From Macrostomum lignano (taxonomy: Eukaryota), in the NCBI GenBank assembly GCA_002269645.1, contig NIVC01002503.1, forward strand, positions 1-64,000: DNA of 64,000 nt, written 5' to 3'. Below the pieces are notes generated by a model. That model saw nothing but the letters and a program-made list of their open reading frames with translations, searched no databases and was not told the DNA's origin. The position numbers were made by a program, and so were the translations under genes. Every line of letters starts with the position of its first letter. Position 1 is the first letter of the stretch. Positions 33,501 to 46,600 of the stretch are shown here, one piece after another.

Positions 33501-36500
33501 CTCACCATTAGTCTATGGCCAAGATATTTCCACTCATCATTAGTCTATGGCCAAGATGTCTCCACTCATCATTAGTCTATGGCAAAGATATTTCCACTCA
33601 TCATTAGTCTATGGCCAAGATGTCTCCACTCATCATTAGTCTATGGCCAAGATATCTCCACTCATCATTAGTCTATGGCCAAGATATTTCCACTCACCAT
33701 TAGTCTATGGCCAAGATATTTCCACTCATCATTAGTCTATGGCCAAGATGTCTCCACTCATCATTAGTCTATGGCCAAGATATCTCCACTCATCATTAGT
33801 CTATGGCCAAGATATTTCCACTCACCATTAGTCTATGGCCAAGATATTTCCACTCACCATTAGTCTATGGCCAAGATATCTCCACTCATCATTAGTCTAT
33901 GGCCAAGATATCTCCACTCATCATTAGTCTATGGCCAAGATATCTCCACTCATCATTAGTCTATGGCCAAGATATTTACACTCATCATTAGTCTATGGGC
34001 AAAGCATAATTCATCAAAGAACCGAAATAATAACCTAACTTCTTGATGCGTACAAATCGTTGCAAAAAGCGAAGGCAATAATACCCCAACGAACAAACAA
34101 TCAACTGCATAAACGCAATCAGTTTGACATACATTAAATTATTAACTTGTAAACATAATGAGATTTAAGCCGAATTAAGCGCCATACTTACGACCGTGAT
34201 GCATCCAATCTGAGCTTACAGATCCTATATTTACACGTTACAAATACACTGTTAGAAGAAATTATTTTAATAAATATTTTGGTGTCTGTGTTTGCCATTT
34301 GGAATTCACAACTCCTAAGGTTCATGTATTTGCTAAAGACAGAAGCCGTTTAGAAAATGGGATTAAGGAACGGTTTAGGGAAGGATTAAGGAGCGGTTTA
34401 GGGAAGGATTAAGGAATGGTTTAGGGAAGGATTAAGGAACGGTTTAGGGAAGGATTAAGGAATGGTTTAGGGAAGGATTAAGGAACGGTTTAGGGAAGGA
34501 TTGAGGAACGGTTTGGGGAAGGATTGAGGAACGGTTTGGGAAAGGATTGAGGAACGGTTTGGGGAAGGATTGAGGAACGGTTTGGGGAAGGATTGAGGAA
34601 CGGTTTGGGAAGGATTGAGGAACGGTTTAGGGAAGGATTAAGGAACGGTTTAGGGAAGGATTGAGGAACGGTTTGGGGAAGGATTGAGGAACGGTTTGGG
34701 AAAGGATTGAGGAACGGTTTGGGGAAGGATTGAGGAACGGTTTGGGGAAGGATTGAGGAACGGTTTAGGGAAGGATTGAGGAACGGTTTAGGGAAGGATT
34801 AAGGAACGGTTTAGGGAAGGATTGAGGAACGGTTTGGGGAAGGATTGAGGAACGGTTTGGGAAAGGATTGAGGAACGGTTTGGGAAAGGATTGAGGAACG
34901 GTTTGGGGAAGGATTGAGGAACGGTTTGGGAAAGGATTGAGGAACGGTTTGGGGAAGGATTGAGGAACGGTTTGGGAAAGGATTGAGGAACGGTTTGGGG
35001 AAGGATTGAGGAACGGTTTGGGGAAGGATTAAGGAACGGTTTAGGGAAGGATTGAGGAACGGTTAAAGAAAGGATTAAGGAGTTTTTAGGGAAGGATTTT
35101 AGGGAAGGATTAAGCAACGGTTTAGAGGTGGTTTAAGGAACGACTTAGAGGGGGGTGGATTAACGAGAAGATTTTTACACATTTCAAGAATCATTCAGGC
35201 AGAAACTACTATATTTAGAACCGGTTTAAAAAACATTACATTCCTGTGTTACCAAAGGAATACCCAATTGCCAAACAGTTTGATTGACAGGTGTCCATAA
35301 GTAAAATAACTCACTGCTAAAGCCAACATTAGGCAGCTCCGGCTCGCCCCGGCCAGTGTAGTTGCCAACCAGCTGAACAGAATAAAATCCACTGTGCACC
35401 GGTTGGTAATCCGTGAACCGAATATCGCCCTTAGCAACCGAACTTTTCGGGCTGGCTGTTAAATTCAAGGCGAAATCGATGCCCTCTTTGACTCGGCTGA
35501 TCTTTCTAAGAATCAGCTTGTCGTCGAGCAGACGATCGGCCAGTTTCGGATTGGTCAGCATCACGCGGATGAGGCTGAGGCCTTTGCGGTTCTTCTCGGT
35601 GGCTGCCGGGACCGCGGCCAGCCTGCCGGAGCCATAGACTATGACGTCATAGGAGTTGTTGCCGCCCGGCAGGGTGAGATTGGCGGCTCTTTTCACCGTG
35701 TCTGGGCAGTCCGGACTCGTGTGCATCGCTACGTTCCACAGATGAGGCGTCTGTGGTGGAGTGGGAATCCATGGATTGGCTTCAGCCATCCCAGCTGGAG
35801 AACTGGCTAGAGTCTAACATTTAGAAAAGCAACTGCGGATTTGGGAGACCGGCCCAGCAACTGGGGATCTGAGGATCTTGGAGGCTGGCCATGAAACTGA
35901 GGATCTGGGAGAATGGCCCAGCAACGTGGGATCTGGGAGGCTGGCCCAGCAAAGTGGGATCTGGGAGGCTGGCCCAGCAACGTGGGATCTGGGAGGCTGG
36001 CCCAGCAACAGAGGATCTGGGAGGCTGGCCCAGCAGCTGAGGATTTGGGAAACTGGCCCAACAACTGAGGATCTGGGAGGCTGGCCCAGCAACAGGGGAT
36101 CTGGGAGGCTGGCCCAGCAACAGGGGATCCGTCATGAGCTCACCTTGGTATGCAGGCTGGCCCTAGAGAAACCGAGATGCGCCAGATCTCGAGTGACGCC
36201 GTCGTACTCAAAGATGACTCCACAGGGCGAAGACGTGCCAGTCAAGGAATTGACGAACTTCAGTTTGATCTGGCCAGTTTTGGGCACGGTGGGCAGCTCC
36301 GCGTCGATGCGCATCTGGACGGCCATGGCGGCGATGAAGGCAGAAGAGGCCAACAGCATGCCGACGCCCATTCGCTTGCACAGGGTGGTAGACAGGTGCA
36401 GCTTACCTGTTGCGGAGCAATCAATCAATGCGTGGAGCGATTAAAAAACGTGCATTAAACGTTATATTAACACCTTGCATTACCTTTTTTTCAAAATAGA

Positions 36501-39500
36501 TCAATAATCACAGACCCTGTATTATTTTATCTTAATCCGATTATCCCTTCATTAGAGTTTTATAGGGTTGTTTATTGGCTATAGAACTGTGCAATCTGCC
36601 TGTTTTATGGGGGTTGTTTATTGGCTATAGAACTGTGCAATCTGCCTGTTTTATGGGGGTTGTTTATTGGCTATAGAACTGTGCAATCTGCCTGTTTTAT
36701 GGGGGGGGGGTTGTTTATTGGCTATAGAACTGTGCAATCTGCCTGTTTTATGGGGGTTGTTTATTGGCTATAGAACTGTGCAATCTGCCTGTTTTATGGG
36801 GGGGGGGTTGTTTATTGGCTATAGAACTGTGCAATCTGCCTGTTTTATGGGGGTTGTTTATTGGCTATAGAACTGTGCAATCTGCCTGTTTTATGGGGGT
36901 TGTTTATTGGCTATAGAACTGTGCAATCTGCCTGTTTTATGGGGGGTTGTTTATTGGCTATAGAACTGTGCAATCTGCCTGTTTTATGGGGGGTTGTTTT
37001 TTGGCTATAGAACTGTGCAATCTGCCTGTTTTATGGGGGGTTGTTTATTTGCTATAGAACTGTGCAATCTGCCTGTTTTATGGGGGGTTGTTTATTGGCT
37101 ATAGAACTGTGCAATCTGCCTGTTTTATGGGGGTTGTTTATTGGCTAAAGAACTGTGCAATCTGCCTGTTTTATGGGGGGTTGTTTATTGGCTATAGAAC
37201 TGTGCAATCTGCCTGTTTTATGGGGGTTGTTTATTGGCTATAGAACTGTGCAATCTGCCTGTTTTATGGGGGGTTGTTTATTGGCTATAGAACTGTGCAA
37301 TCTGCCTGTTTTATGGGGGGTTGTTTATTGGCTATAGAACTGTGCAATCTGCCTGTTTTATGGGGGGGGGGTTGTTTATTGGCTATAGAACTGTGCAATC
37401 TGCCTGTTTTATGGGAGGGGGGTATTTTATTGGCTATGGAACTGTGCAATCTGCATTGTTTTATAAAAGTAATGTATAATCTACTAATCTATACAATTTT
37501 ATTCTAAAAAACGTAATAATAGATTCATCAACTAAATCAACTAGATCAGAAAAATCGATAATTTAAATTATCTTGCAGTAAAATTTCTTGTTGACAAATA
37601 AAAACATCGGGGGCCGTAGCCCAGCGGTAGCGCAGCTGCTCTGGTGTGCCGCGACCCAGGCTCGATTCCAAGTGCAGCCACATTCATTTGGGGCTGGATT
37701 GGAATCTTGGCTTGGCTCGCTTGTGCAATTAACGGCCTTGAGAGCCAACCCCCCCCCCCCAAGGCGCAGTGAAGTGTACATGCCTAACAATTGATAAAGT
37801 TAGGGCCGCTGTACACTCCTGTGTGAGTGTATGCCTGCGTACGTATCCGCTCGCTTGTATGCCTGCTCAGGGGAGTCGGCGGAATGGGCAGTAATGCCTC
37901 TCGCCGGTTGTGTGCCAATGACGCTTAAATTGCGCCAGGGTGCACACAACCCCCCTGCCTCTAATAATAAATAAAAACATCAGACTTGTTTGCCTAAACA
38001 TTGGATAGCTGAAACCGTAAACAAACTCAAAATATAATCACCGGTTTTCAAACAAATTTAACGCAATTTCAAGACAATTACGCAATCACAACATTTTTAT
38101 TGCAAAACCGCCAACTGCCCATAATCGTGGAAAACTAAAAAATCACAAAATACAAATCACTTCTAACAAACCAAACAAACGAGTTCTATCAAATGGTTTA
38201 TCTTACCTTGCCATCTGCCTGAAATGCAGAATTACTTTATTAAAATGATCCAATTTATTGACAAATAAAAAATCTCATACTTTTACGGCTGTCGACAAGG
38301 CAGAGACATATTTAAGCATCTGCAAGTACACTGAATAGTTAACTGCATATTGACGCGAGTTTTAAACAGTTACTCAAAAAGCAAGTAACAGAATCGAACC
38401 CAGGGCACTCAGGTGCAACAGTCACAGAGTCGAATCCAGGACACTCAGGTGCAGCAGTCACAGAATCGAACCCAGGGGGCACTCAGGTGCAACAGTCACA
38501 GAATCGAACCCAGGACACTCAGGTGCAACAGTCACAGAATCGAACTTGGACACTCAGGTGCAACAGTCACAGAATCGAACCCAGGACACTCAGGTGCAAC
38601 AGTCACAGAATCGAACCCAGGACACTCAGGTGCAATAGTCACAGAATCGAACCCAGGCACTCAGGTGTAACAGTCACAGAATCGAATCCAGGACACTCAG
38701 GTGCAACAGTCAAAGAATCGAACCCAGGACACTCAGGTGCAACAGTCACAGAATCGAACTTGGACACTCAGGTGCAACAGTCACAGAATCGAACCCAGGC
38801 ACTCAGGTGCAACAGTCACAGAATCGAACTTGGACACTCAGGTGCAACAGTCACAGAATCGAACCCAGGCACTCAGGTGTAACAGTCACAGAATCGAACC
38901 CAGGCACTCAGGTGCAACAGTCACAGAATCGAACCCAGGGGGCACTCAGGTGCAACAGTCACAGAATCGAACCCAGGCACTCAGGTGCAACAGTCACAGA
39001 ATCGAACCCAGGACACTCAGGTGCAACAGTCACAGAATCGAACCCAGGACACTCAGGTGCAATAGTCACAGAATCGAACCCAGGCACTCAGGTGTAACAG
39101 TCACAGAATCGAATCCAGGACACTCAGGTGCAACAGTCACAGAATCGAACCCAGGACACTCAGGTGCAACAGTCACAGAATCGAACTTGGACACTCAGGT
39201 GCAACAGTCACAGAATCGAACCCAGGCACTCAGATGCAACAGTCACAGAATCGAACTTGGACACTCAGGTGCAACAGTCACAGAATCGAACCCAGGCACT
39301 CAGGTGTAACAGTCACAGAATCGAACCCAGGCACTCAGGTGCAACAGTCACAGAATCGAACCCAGGACACTCAGGTGCAACAGTTACAGAATCAAACCCA
39401 GGACACTCAGGTGCAACAGTCACAGAATCGAACCCAGGACACTCAGGTGCAACAGTCACAGAATCAAACCCAGGACACTCAGGTGCAACAGTCACAGAAT

Positions 39501-41098
39501 CGAACCCAGGCACTCAGGTGCAACAGTCACAGAATCGAACCCAGGCACTCAGGTGCAACAGTCACAGAATCGAACCCAGGACACTCAGGTGCAACAGTCA
39601 CAGAATCGAATCCAGGACACTCAAGGTGCAGCAGTCACAGAATCAAACCCAGGGGGCACTCAGGTGCAACAGTCACAGAATCGAACCCAGGACACTCAGG
39701 TGCAAGAGTCACAGAATCGAACCCAGAAACTCAGGTGCAATAGTCACAGAATCGAACCCAGGCACTCAGGTGCAAGAGTCACAGAATCGAACCCAGGCAC
39801 TCAGGTGCAACAGTCACAGAATCGAACCCAGGACACTCAGGTGCAACAGTCACAGAATCGAACCCAGGACACTCAGGTGCAACAGTCACAGAATCGAACC
39901 CAGGCACTCGGGTACAACAGTCACAGAATCGAACCCAGGCACTCGGCTACAAGAGTCCAACGCGCCAGCAGCACTCACTGAGCAGCGGGTAGATGCAGCA
40001 GTCGAAAATCGGTATGAGCACCAGAATCAGCAGCGAATTCAATGCCTGCATCTGATCGGGCAGAATTGACCAATCCCAGAACATGTAGCCGTCCATCAGT
40101 GACGCTTGAATAGTCCATCTCGAACCCATCTGATCGAACAGGGCCCAGAAGATGGGGAACGGGATATACAGCAGCAATAGGCGGCTGAACTGCCTCAGAT
40201 CGCGCACAAACTCCGGCGGGAATCGGTCAGAATCGGCGTAGTCAAGGAACTGCCTATCCGCGTCTTTGACAGAGGCGGCCCTGTAGTTCTTGGCGGCGCT
40301 GACAATGCAGCAGGCAGCCTGGCCGACTACACTTTTGCCTGGCTGGACCATTCGGTACATTGGCTTGCCAACAATGAAGATTACAATGGCCAGCGCCATA
40401 GCGACAGCGGGCATGCCGAAAGCCAATGCGTAGCAATTGTCGTCCATGCAGTAGACATTGGAGCGAACCACCGGAATTAGAATGGTAGACAGAAGCGAGC
40501 CCAGGTTGATAGCAAAATAGAATGTTGAGAAGAATGCCTCGCGCATCCAGGCCTTGCCCTCTGGGATTTGATCGGCGCCAAAGGCGGCAACATTCGGCTT
40601 GATTCCGCCGGTGCCCAGGCCAATCAGCAACAGGCCGATCAGGGCGCCAGCTAAGCCAAGATGAGGAACTGCTGTAGCCGCAAGCACCACCCCGCCAATA
40701 CAGTAGACAATGGACAAGATGACAATAGTCCAGAATCTGCCCAACAAGCTATCAGCAACGATACCGCCAATGATTGGCGAGAAATAGCAGACCACAACAA
40801 ACAGGTGAAAGATGGCGGTTGAATGATCCGAGCTCAGGCCGATAAACTTTAGCAAGTAAAGTGTCAGGATGGTTCGAACGCCAAAGTAGTTAAACCGTTC
40901 GCAGAATTCGTTGGTCACAATGAAATAAACGGACAAAGGAAAGCGACAGAATGCTGGCGAGCATCCGGCTCGTTCGACCTCTTCATCTTCTGCAGCATCT
41001 TTGCTGGTCACTTGCTTGCCAGCAGATTCTTGGTTCAGCTCGGCTTGCTTTGACAGACCATCTGCTCCAATTAGTTTGGTCTGCTCCCCACTGGACAT
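30564..41098 (-). CDS. SLC15A: Proton-coupled oligopeptide transporter (SLC15A1/A2, PEPT-like), 4 exons, ~767 aa: 41098-39979, 36406-36144, 35750-35315, 31048-30564
   Basis: NEFCERFNYFG (ExxER), GTGGIKPNVAAFGADQ, FYFAINLGS, FWALFDQMGSRW, PDQMQALN and WQVPQY..EVLFSISGL..SYAEAPASMKS are present. Exon phases are compatible. Confidence 0.93.
31160..31550. repeat. Polypurine ~20-bp minisatellite (GTGGGAGAGAGCGGACAGA)
   Basis: Direct reading. It lies in the last SLC15 intron. Confidence 0.9.
32160..32405. repeat. 15-bp minisatellite GTCTATGGTACGATA
   Basis: Direct reading. Confidence 0.93.
32905..34000. repeat. 32-bp minisatellite CTATGGCCAAGATATCTCCACTCATCATTAGT (~34 copies)
   Basis: Direct reading. 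Confidence 0.96.
34355..35130. repeat. 23-bp minisatellite GGATTGAGGAACGGTTTGGGGAA
   Basis: Direct reading. Confidence 0.94.
35845..36130. repeat. 28-bp minisatellite GGATCTGGGAGGCTGGCCCAGCAACGTG
   Basis: Direct reading. It fills SLC15 intron 2. Confidence 0.9.
36565..37455. repeat. 46-47-bp minisatellite with a variable G run (~19 copies)
   Basis: Unit GTTGTTTATTGGCTATAGAACTGTGCAATCTGCCTGTTTTATGGGG(G)n. Confidence 0.95.
37609..37968 (+). mobile_element. tRNA-derived SINE, copy 2, full length with 13-bp TSD
   Basis: Starts GGGGGCCGTAGCCCAGCGG, has B-box-like GGCTCGATTCC and a TAATAAT tail. TSD AAATAAAAACATC at 37596-37608 and 37969-37981. Confidence 0.9.
38385..39950. repeat. 35-36-bp minisatellite (~44 copies) GCAACAGTCACAGAATCGAACCCAGGACACTCAGGT
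   Basis: Direct reading. It starts ~25 nt inside SLC15 intron 1. Confidence 0.96.
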
Positions 41099-43676
41099 TG
41101 TTCCAAAGGAAATTATAACAAAACTAAAAGGAAATAACTAGAAGAGTTAGTTTAACTACTACAATGAGAAGACAAAGTCTTGTTTTGTTTAGTTGTGAGC
41201 AGTGGTTGAAGTTTCTTGCTCATGAATTCGACAAGTATTTATAATAACTTATAAGTTATTTAAGTTTGAGATATATATTTATAAAGCTCATTATTATTTA
41301 TGCCTTATTTAAACTATAACTGATTACAAATGGAACAAATATATCTCTTTAATTGGTTTGTCATTTTATTAATTAAATATACATATATATATTAAGGAAA
41401 AAGACTTGTAAATAGCCTATACTCATAGTCATTTATTTCACATAATTTTGTCTATTCCTGTATTACATGTGCCTAATAAAATCAATTTATATTTTTGTTT
41501 TATATATTTTCTATTGCTTTACCTGCAAAAAATAGTTTACTAGTAGCCACACTAAATTTGCACACAGATAGAAACCAGTTTAAGTTTGTTTTACTAAGCA
41601 AAATATTGGCAATAACAATTTCTTAGTATACATTAGATGCTACCAAACTATATTAGAATGCTACCAGATAATCACCAATAGTTACCAGAAATGTACTAAC
41701 AAAAAATATTACAATTAGTTATAAGAGAGCCAATACGCCTGTTACAACTTTGGTAACACCTGTGAGGAATACTAAAGACAAGGAAAACAGACCTAGCACA
41801 ACTTGGTAGCATCAGTGGGATTTTGCAAAGATAGGAACAAAACCACTGTAAGACTTTACAAAGAATAAAATTAAAATCTATATAAAATAAACTTTATATA
41901 CATTTTTGGCAAAGCAAAAAAAGCAAAAATATGTATACATATGTTTTTTTTATTTTTAATTTTTTATAAATATTATTTAAGCTTAACTATGACTAGATAG
42001 GTTAATAAAAACATATTTTAAGCTATAATAATACCAAGTTTTTCTACTTATTTTTTTATTTCCTAGTTAGAAGTTACAACAACAAACTATAGCAACCCTA
42101 GGCAAGCTATCAAAATATGTATGTAAAATGTAAGTATAGATTTCCGTAGAATAGCAAGTCTATAGGGGATGGAGATTTCAGCATCTCTTAAAAGCAAGTC
42201 AACAAAATGCAGAATTCTTGCCTGACCAAGCCATTGTAGCCCTTGAAGGGATAGTAGCAGCACATCTTAAAGCTACTCAGGGTAGTACTGCTCAGTGCTT
42301 TGCCTAGATGACATGGCTGGCCAGCTATAGGTGCTGGATATGCAGCAGCTGGCTAGGTTGGGAAAGCTGGGCTTGTCAGTATAACTTGTCATGGCTGGTG
42401 TTGATGGTAGCAGCTGGCAAATACATTATAAGTTAGAATATTAAAAAGAAGTGGCTATTCAAAGTATAACTATATAACATTACCAATTAAATTTAATTAA
42501 AAAACTTTGAAATATATTTATTAACTTTTTATTTAGTCAATTATTCTTAAAATTATTAATATAACTATATAAGGATGAATCCTATCTAGCTAGAGGGCCA
42601 ATTTCTCTATATAGTATCAAACAATCAATAAGGGGAGGGACTAATATTAATTAGGCCTAGGCCTTTGTTAATGTTGGGATTGTTGGCTAATATTGAAGAA
42701 TATACATATACTGAAGAATATAGTAGAGAATATACCACTGAAACAAAACAACAAAACCACAATTACCATATACTAAAAATGGTTTGTCTAACAAACAAAT
42801 GGTATAGTTAAACATGTTAACATTTTTAAGTTTTAGCTTAGCTCTAAAGACAATGTAATAATAATAGGGGCCTAATAGGCCTACTATCTTATTAAATAGG
42901 CCCTAGCTAAATTCTATGCGCCTGTCTGATTTTTTGGCTTGGTTTGAGAACTGTTACAACTTTGGTAACACCTGTGCATAAGGCCTACACTCTAGGCCTA
43001 TCCATAGTTGCCTAATAAATGAAACGATCTATTACTATTTCTTAACATCAATTGGTATCTTACTTAAGGCGAAGTTAAGGCATAGATCTAGAACATTTTT
43101 GAGGAGGGGGAGGGGGCAACACAAAGCTGCTTCAAAAGTATCAAAGTTTCAAAAACTATTTAGACTAGACAATTAAAAAAGTGGCGAAAAATTGGCTGGG
43201 GTAGCTTTAGTGTCTTGCAATTTTCCCTGTATTTATCACTGTTGTAATTATAAAAACACCATCCTACTCAGAAAAGGTTTTGTAAACTTTATTCTGACCA
43301 TTTTATTTTTAGTGTAGTGTATCTAGGCCTAGTGAATTTAATTTTAATAGAAATATTTTATTATTGTCAAATTTCTTTGGAAAACAAACAGCATTACTTA
43401 AAGCATTAAAATAATAATAATTTTATTACTATTTTAAAAAATAAACTTTTTTTAAAACTTTCACAAGCATTAAGTTTGTTTTTGCTTTGCAGCTAGGCTT
43501 TAAAAATTCTTTATTTGCTTTACTGGGTCATCGTTCGCGCTCTTTTTTAAAGAGTTAAATTGTGAGAAAGATCACGGTTTCTTGTTAGAAAACTTCGGCT
43601 TCGCTCATTGCTTCATTTTACTTACTATAAAGTAAAAACAGTTAAATTTTATCAAAATAAAAATCACAGTTGCACT

Positions 43677-46600
43677 ATGACAGCCAATAATTTCTTTCTG
43701 TGTGTTTTTGGATTTATTGTCGGCATAATTTCTGCCACAAATGCTGAAAAATGTCAAAATTATGGCGATAGTCAAGTTTACCCTCAAGAGTCGAGCCCAA
43801 CTTGGAGCCACTCACTTCATATTAGCAAAGCCCAAAGTAAGTGAAATAATATGAATTTTTCAATTTTTCATTTTTTCACAAATTTAATAAATTTATTATT
43901 ATTAAATAATTATTTGGCCTACTACACTTATTGTATGTCAATTGTGCCTAGGCCTAGGCCTATGGCTTTTTTTCTAAACTTAATCTAATAGGCCCTACCT
44001 GATTCTAGGCTTATTGTACTGTTTCCTTTGTAACTACTTGCAAGCCATAGTGCGGAAGGACGGGTATACGCTAGAAATCTCCGTCGTTCACAGGGATTGC
44101 CTGTCGTACATGTCGTACATTGCTAATTTTTTGGGGCGCTATGTCGTACACTGTCGCCATGGTCAGGAAGGTGCAGCGTGTGCACCGGAATAGCATCCAT
44201 CAAAATTTTTGTTGTGCGCCGCGTGCGCCGAGAAAAAAAAATTACTTGTGCGCCATGCGCTGAGAAAAATACACTTAAAAAAGCACCATCAAGTATTAAG
44301 TATCTAAATTGAATCAATACCAATGGAAGTTCAAGCAGTTCAATCATAGCTTCTATTTGCAAAATATAAGCAAAAAGACGCAACAAAAGCCGCGAAAGGC
44401 GCAAATTTGTTAAGTTTGTTAAGTCGATTAATGAAATTTGAAATAGAAACAACATTGGAAATAACGACTATCGTATCGACTATCGTTTATTTTATTGATT
44501 GATTGACATTTAATATACAATATCATTATTATATTGTCACGTACACTGACGTACCTTGTGCGCCATGCGCCGAGCCATGCACCGATGCACCGAGCCATGC
44601 GCCGATGCGCCGAGCCCATGCGCGCGGCGCAGTGAAGTGTGCGCCGTGCGCCGGCAAATTGCTGATTTGCGCCGGAAAATTCCGAGGATTCTACCGTCTT
44701 CCTGGCTGTGGCACTGTCGTACATGTAAACATGTTACATGTCTGTCTGTCGTACACTTGTCAATGTCATATGACTCATACGTGAAGTATAGACGTAGTTA
44801 GTATTCCTTTGATGGACAATCGGACACCAGTACCAGATACTCCTAGTCTCGTAACTAACTCATAACATCATTGTTAACGTATTGCGTTGAAGCAAAGAAG
44901 TAAAAATTCAATAGTTGCACTTTTCCACTCAAAGTGTAATTTAAATTATCAGTATTATATTTGTACAAACTCTTAAATTCAATTTTATTGGCGCAAAACT
45001 ATACTTGACATTGCAAGCAGAAAAGTACAATATATCTGTTGTTTTACTTTGCATATAAAAAAAACGCAATATCAAGAAATTTCCCGCACCTACCCACATA
45101 TGTAAGTGCCACTATTTTTGTCATACAGCACTTCCTTAAACTCTAACTCTGTCGTACAACACTAGTACCATTTTCCAATCCCTGTCGTACTGTCATACAA
45201 CAGGCCGAAATGAAAATTTACCTTCCGTCGTATACAGAAATCCTTCCGCACTATGGCTTGCAAGTAACCACTGATAATCATAGATAAGAATTTATTCATT
45301 TTTTGTTAGTTTGTAATATAGTAATACATTAGTACTATTATTATTATTATTATAAATAAAATAGGCCTTCACAATAAATATAGGCCCCCTAATGTTGGTG
45401 GTAGACCCTATATGCAGCTAATGGCCATTATTATTAATATGGACAGTTTCTGGCATAGATTGGCCTTTAGTAGTATAGGCATGTTCACACTTAGGATTAT
45501 GCCATAGTCAGGATCATGTCATGGTATACGCTGGAATAAAAAGTCCCCTAAAAAATCTATGCCACTTCATACTGAAATGTATGCCAAGGTCCTAGGAACT
45601 TATGCCAGGTTTTCTAGGCTTTGCGACAATAAATGACCTTTTTTCGTGTTATACATTTTTTTAACAATAAAAATTTAACAAATATGTGGTTTCATCACAT
45701 GATTAGTTTGCGTGGAATTTTAAATTTTTATAAATCACAAATAGTTATGAACTTTTATCTTACAAGTTTTACAGTTTTTATGTTTTTATAATAAGATTCT
45801 GAGGTTACAGCGTTATGCCAACAATTGTTAATATTAACTTTGGCATGAAGGTTGGAGTTGGCGTACGCTGCTTGGCATATTTACGCCACGGCGTCACACC
45901 AAAAGGTACGCCAAATACATTTTGCCTCATTTTTTACGCCAATTGTATGCCAAAAAAAGTAAAATTTTCAATTGTACGCCAGAAATTTCCGGCATAATGT
46001 ACATCATCCTGAGTATGGGGATTATGTTATTTGCACCAAAATTTTTTGGTACAAACTTGTATAAGCTGGCAAATATTTGCCTGACTTTTAGGCTTTTCAT
46101 ATTACCCATTCTAGAACCAGAATCAGTTTGAAGCTTTTTATATTGTCTGTTCTATTATCAGAATTGGCTCTAGAACTGATTTAATTTTGGAATTCAGTTC
46201 CAAGAAATTTTCTCAATTTTTTAGGCCTATTATGTTTCTATAGAAACAATAGGACTAATTTGGGACTTTTTGAACTTTAGGTAGATAAAATAGTTGTAAT
46301 TTTAATAGGATCATAATTTTGTCTCTATAGAGGTTTTTGATAGTGCTGATTTCAAATTTGAGCTTCATTTTTCATAGCTTAAAGCCAACTACCAGGGCAT
46401 GAGGAATGGGGGGGGGTTAGGATAGGGAGAAGCTTCATGGGGATTGATTTTACCTACCTAAACTTTAATAGAGGCCTGGGGGTCTATTGAAGATTAGGTA
46501 GGTAAATTCTGAACCCAAGGGTGGGGTGGGCCAATAACCACCAACCATTGTAGCATGGGGAATGGGGTTTAGGGTGGGGAAAATCTTTGTGGGGATTGAT

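Noticed and set aside
34355-35130. Interstitial telomeric repeat (TTTAGGG occurs in some units)
   Set aside because: The motif is embedded once in a 23-bp unit and is not tandem TTAGGG.
38413-40069. Long repeat-derived ORFs here and at 24042-24923, 25826-26484, 28051-28569, 31100-31670, 59020-60762, 61752-62832 and 63436-63998
   Set aside because: Open in several frames at once, coincident with mini- or microsatellites, and mostly inside defined introns.
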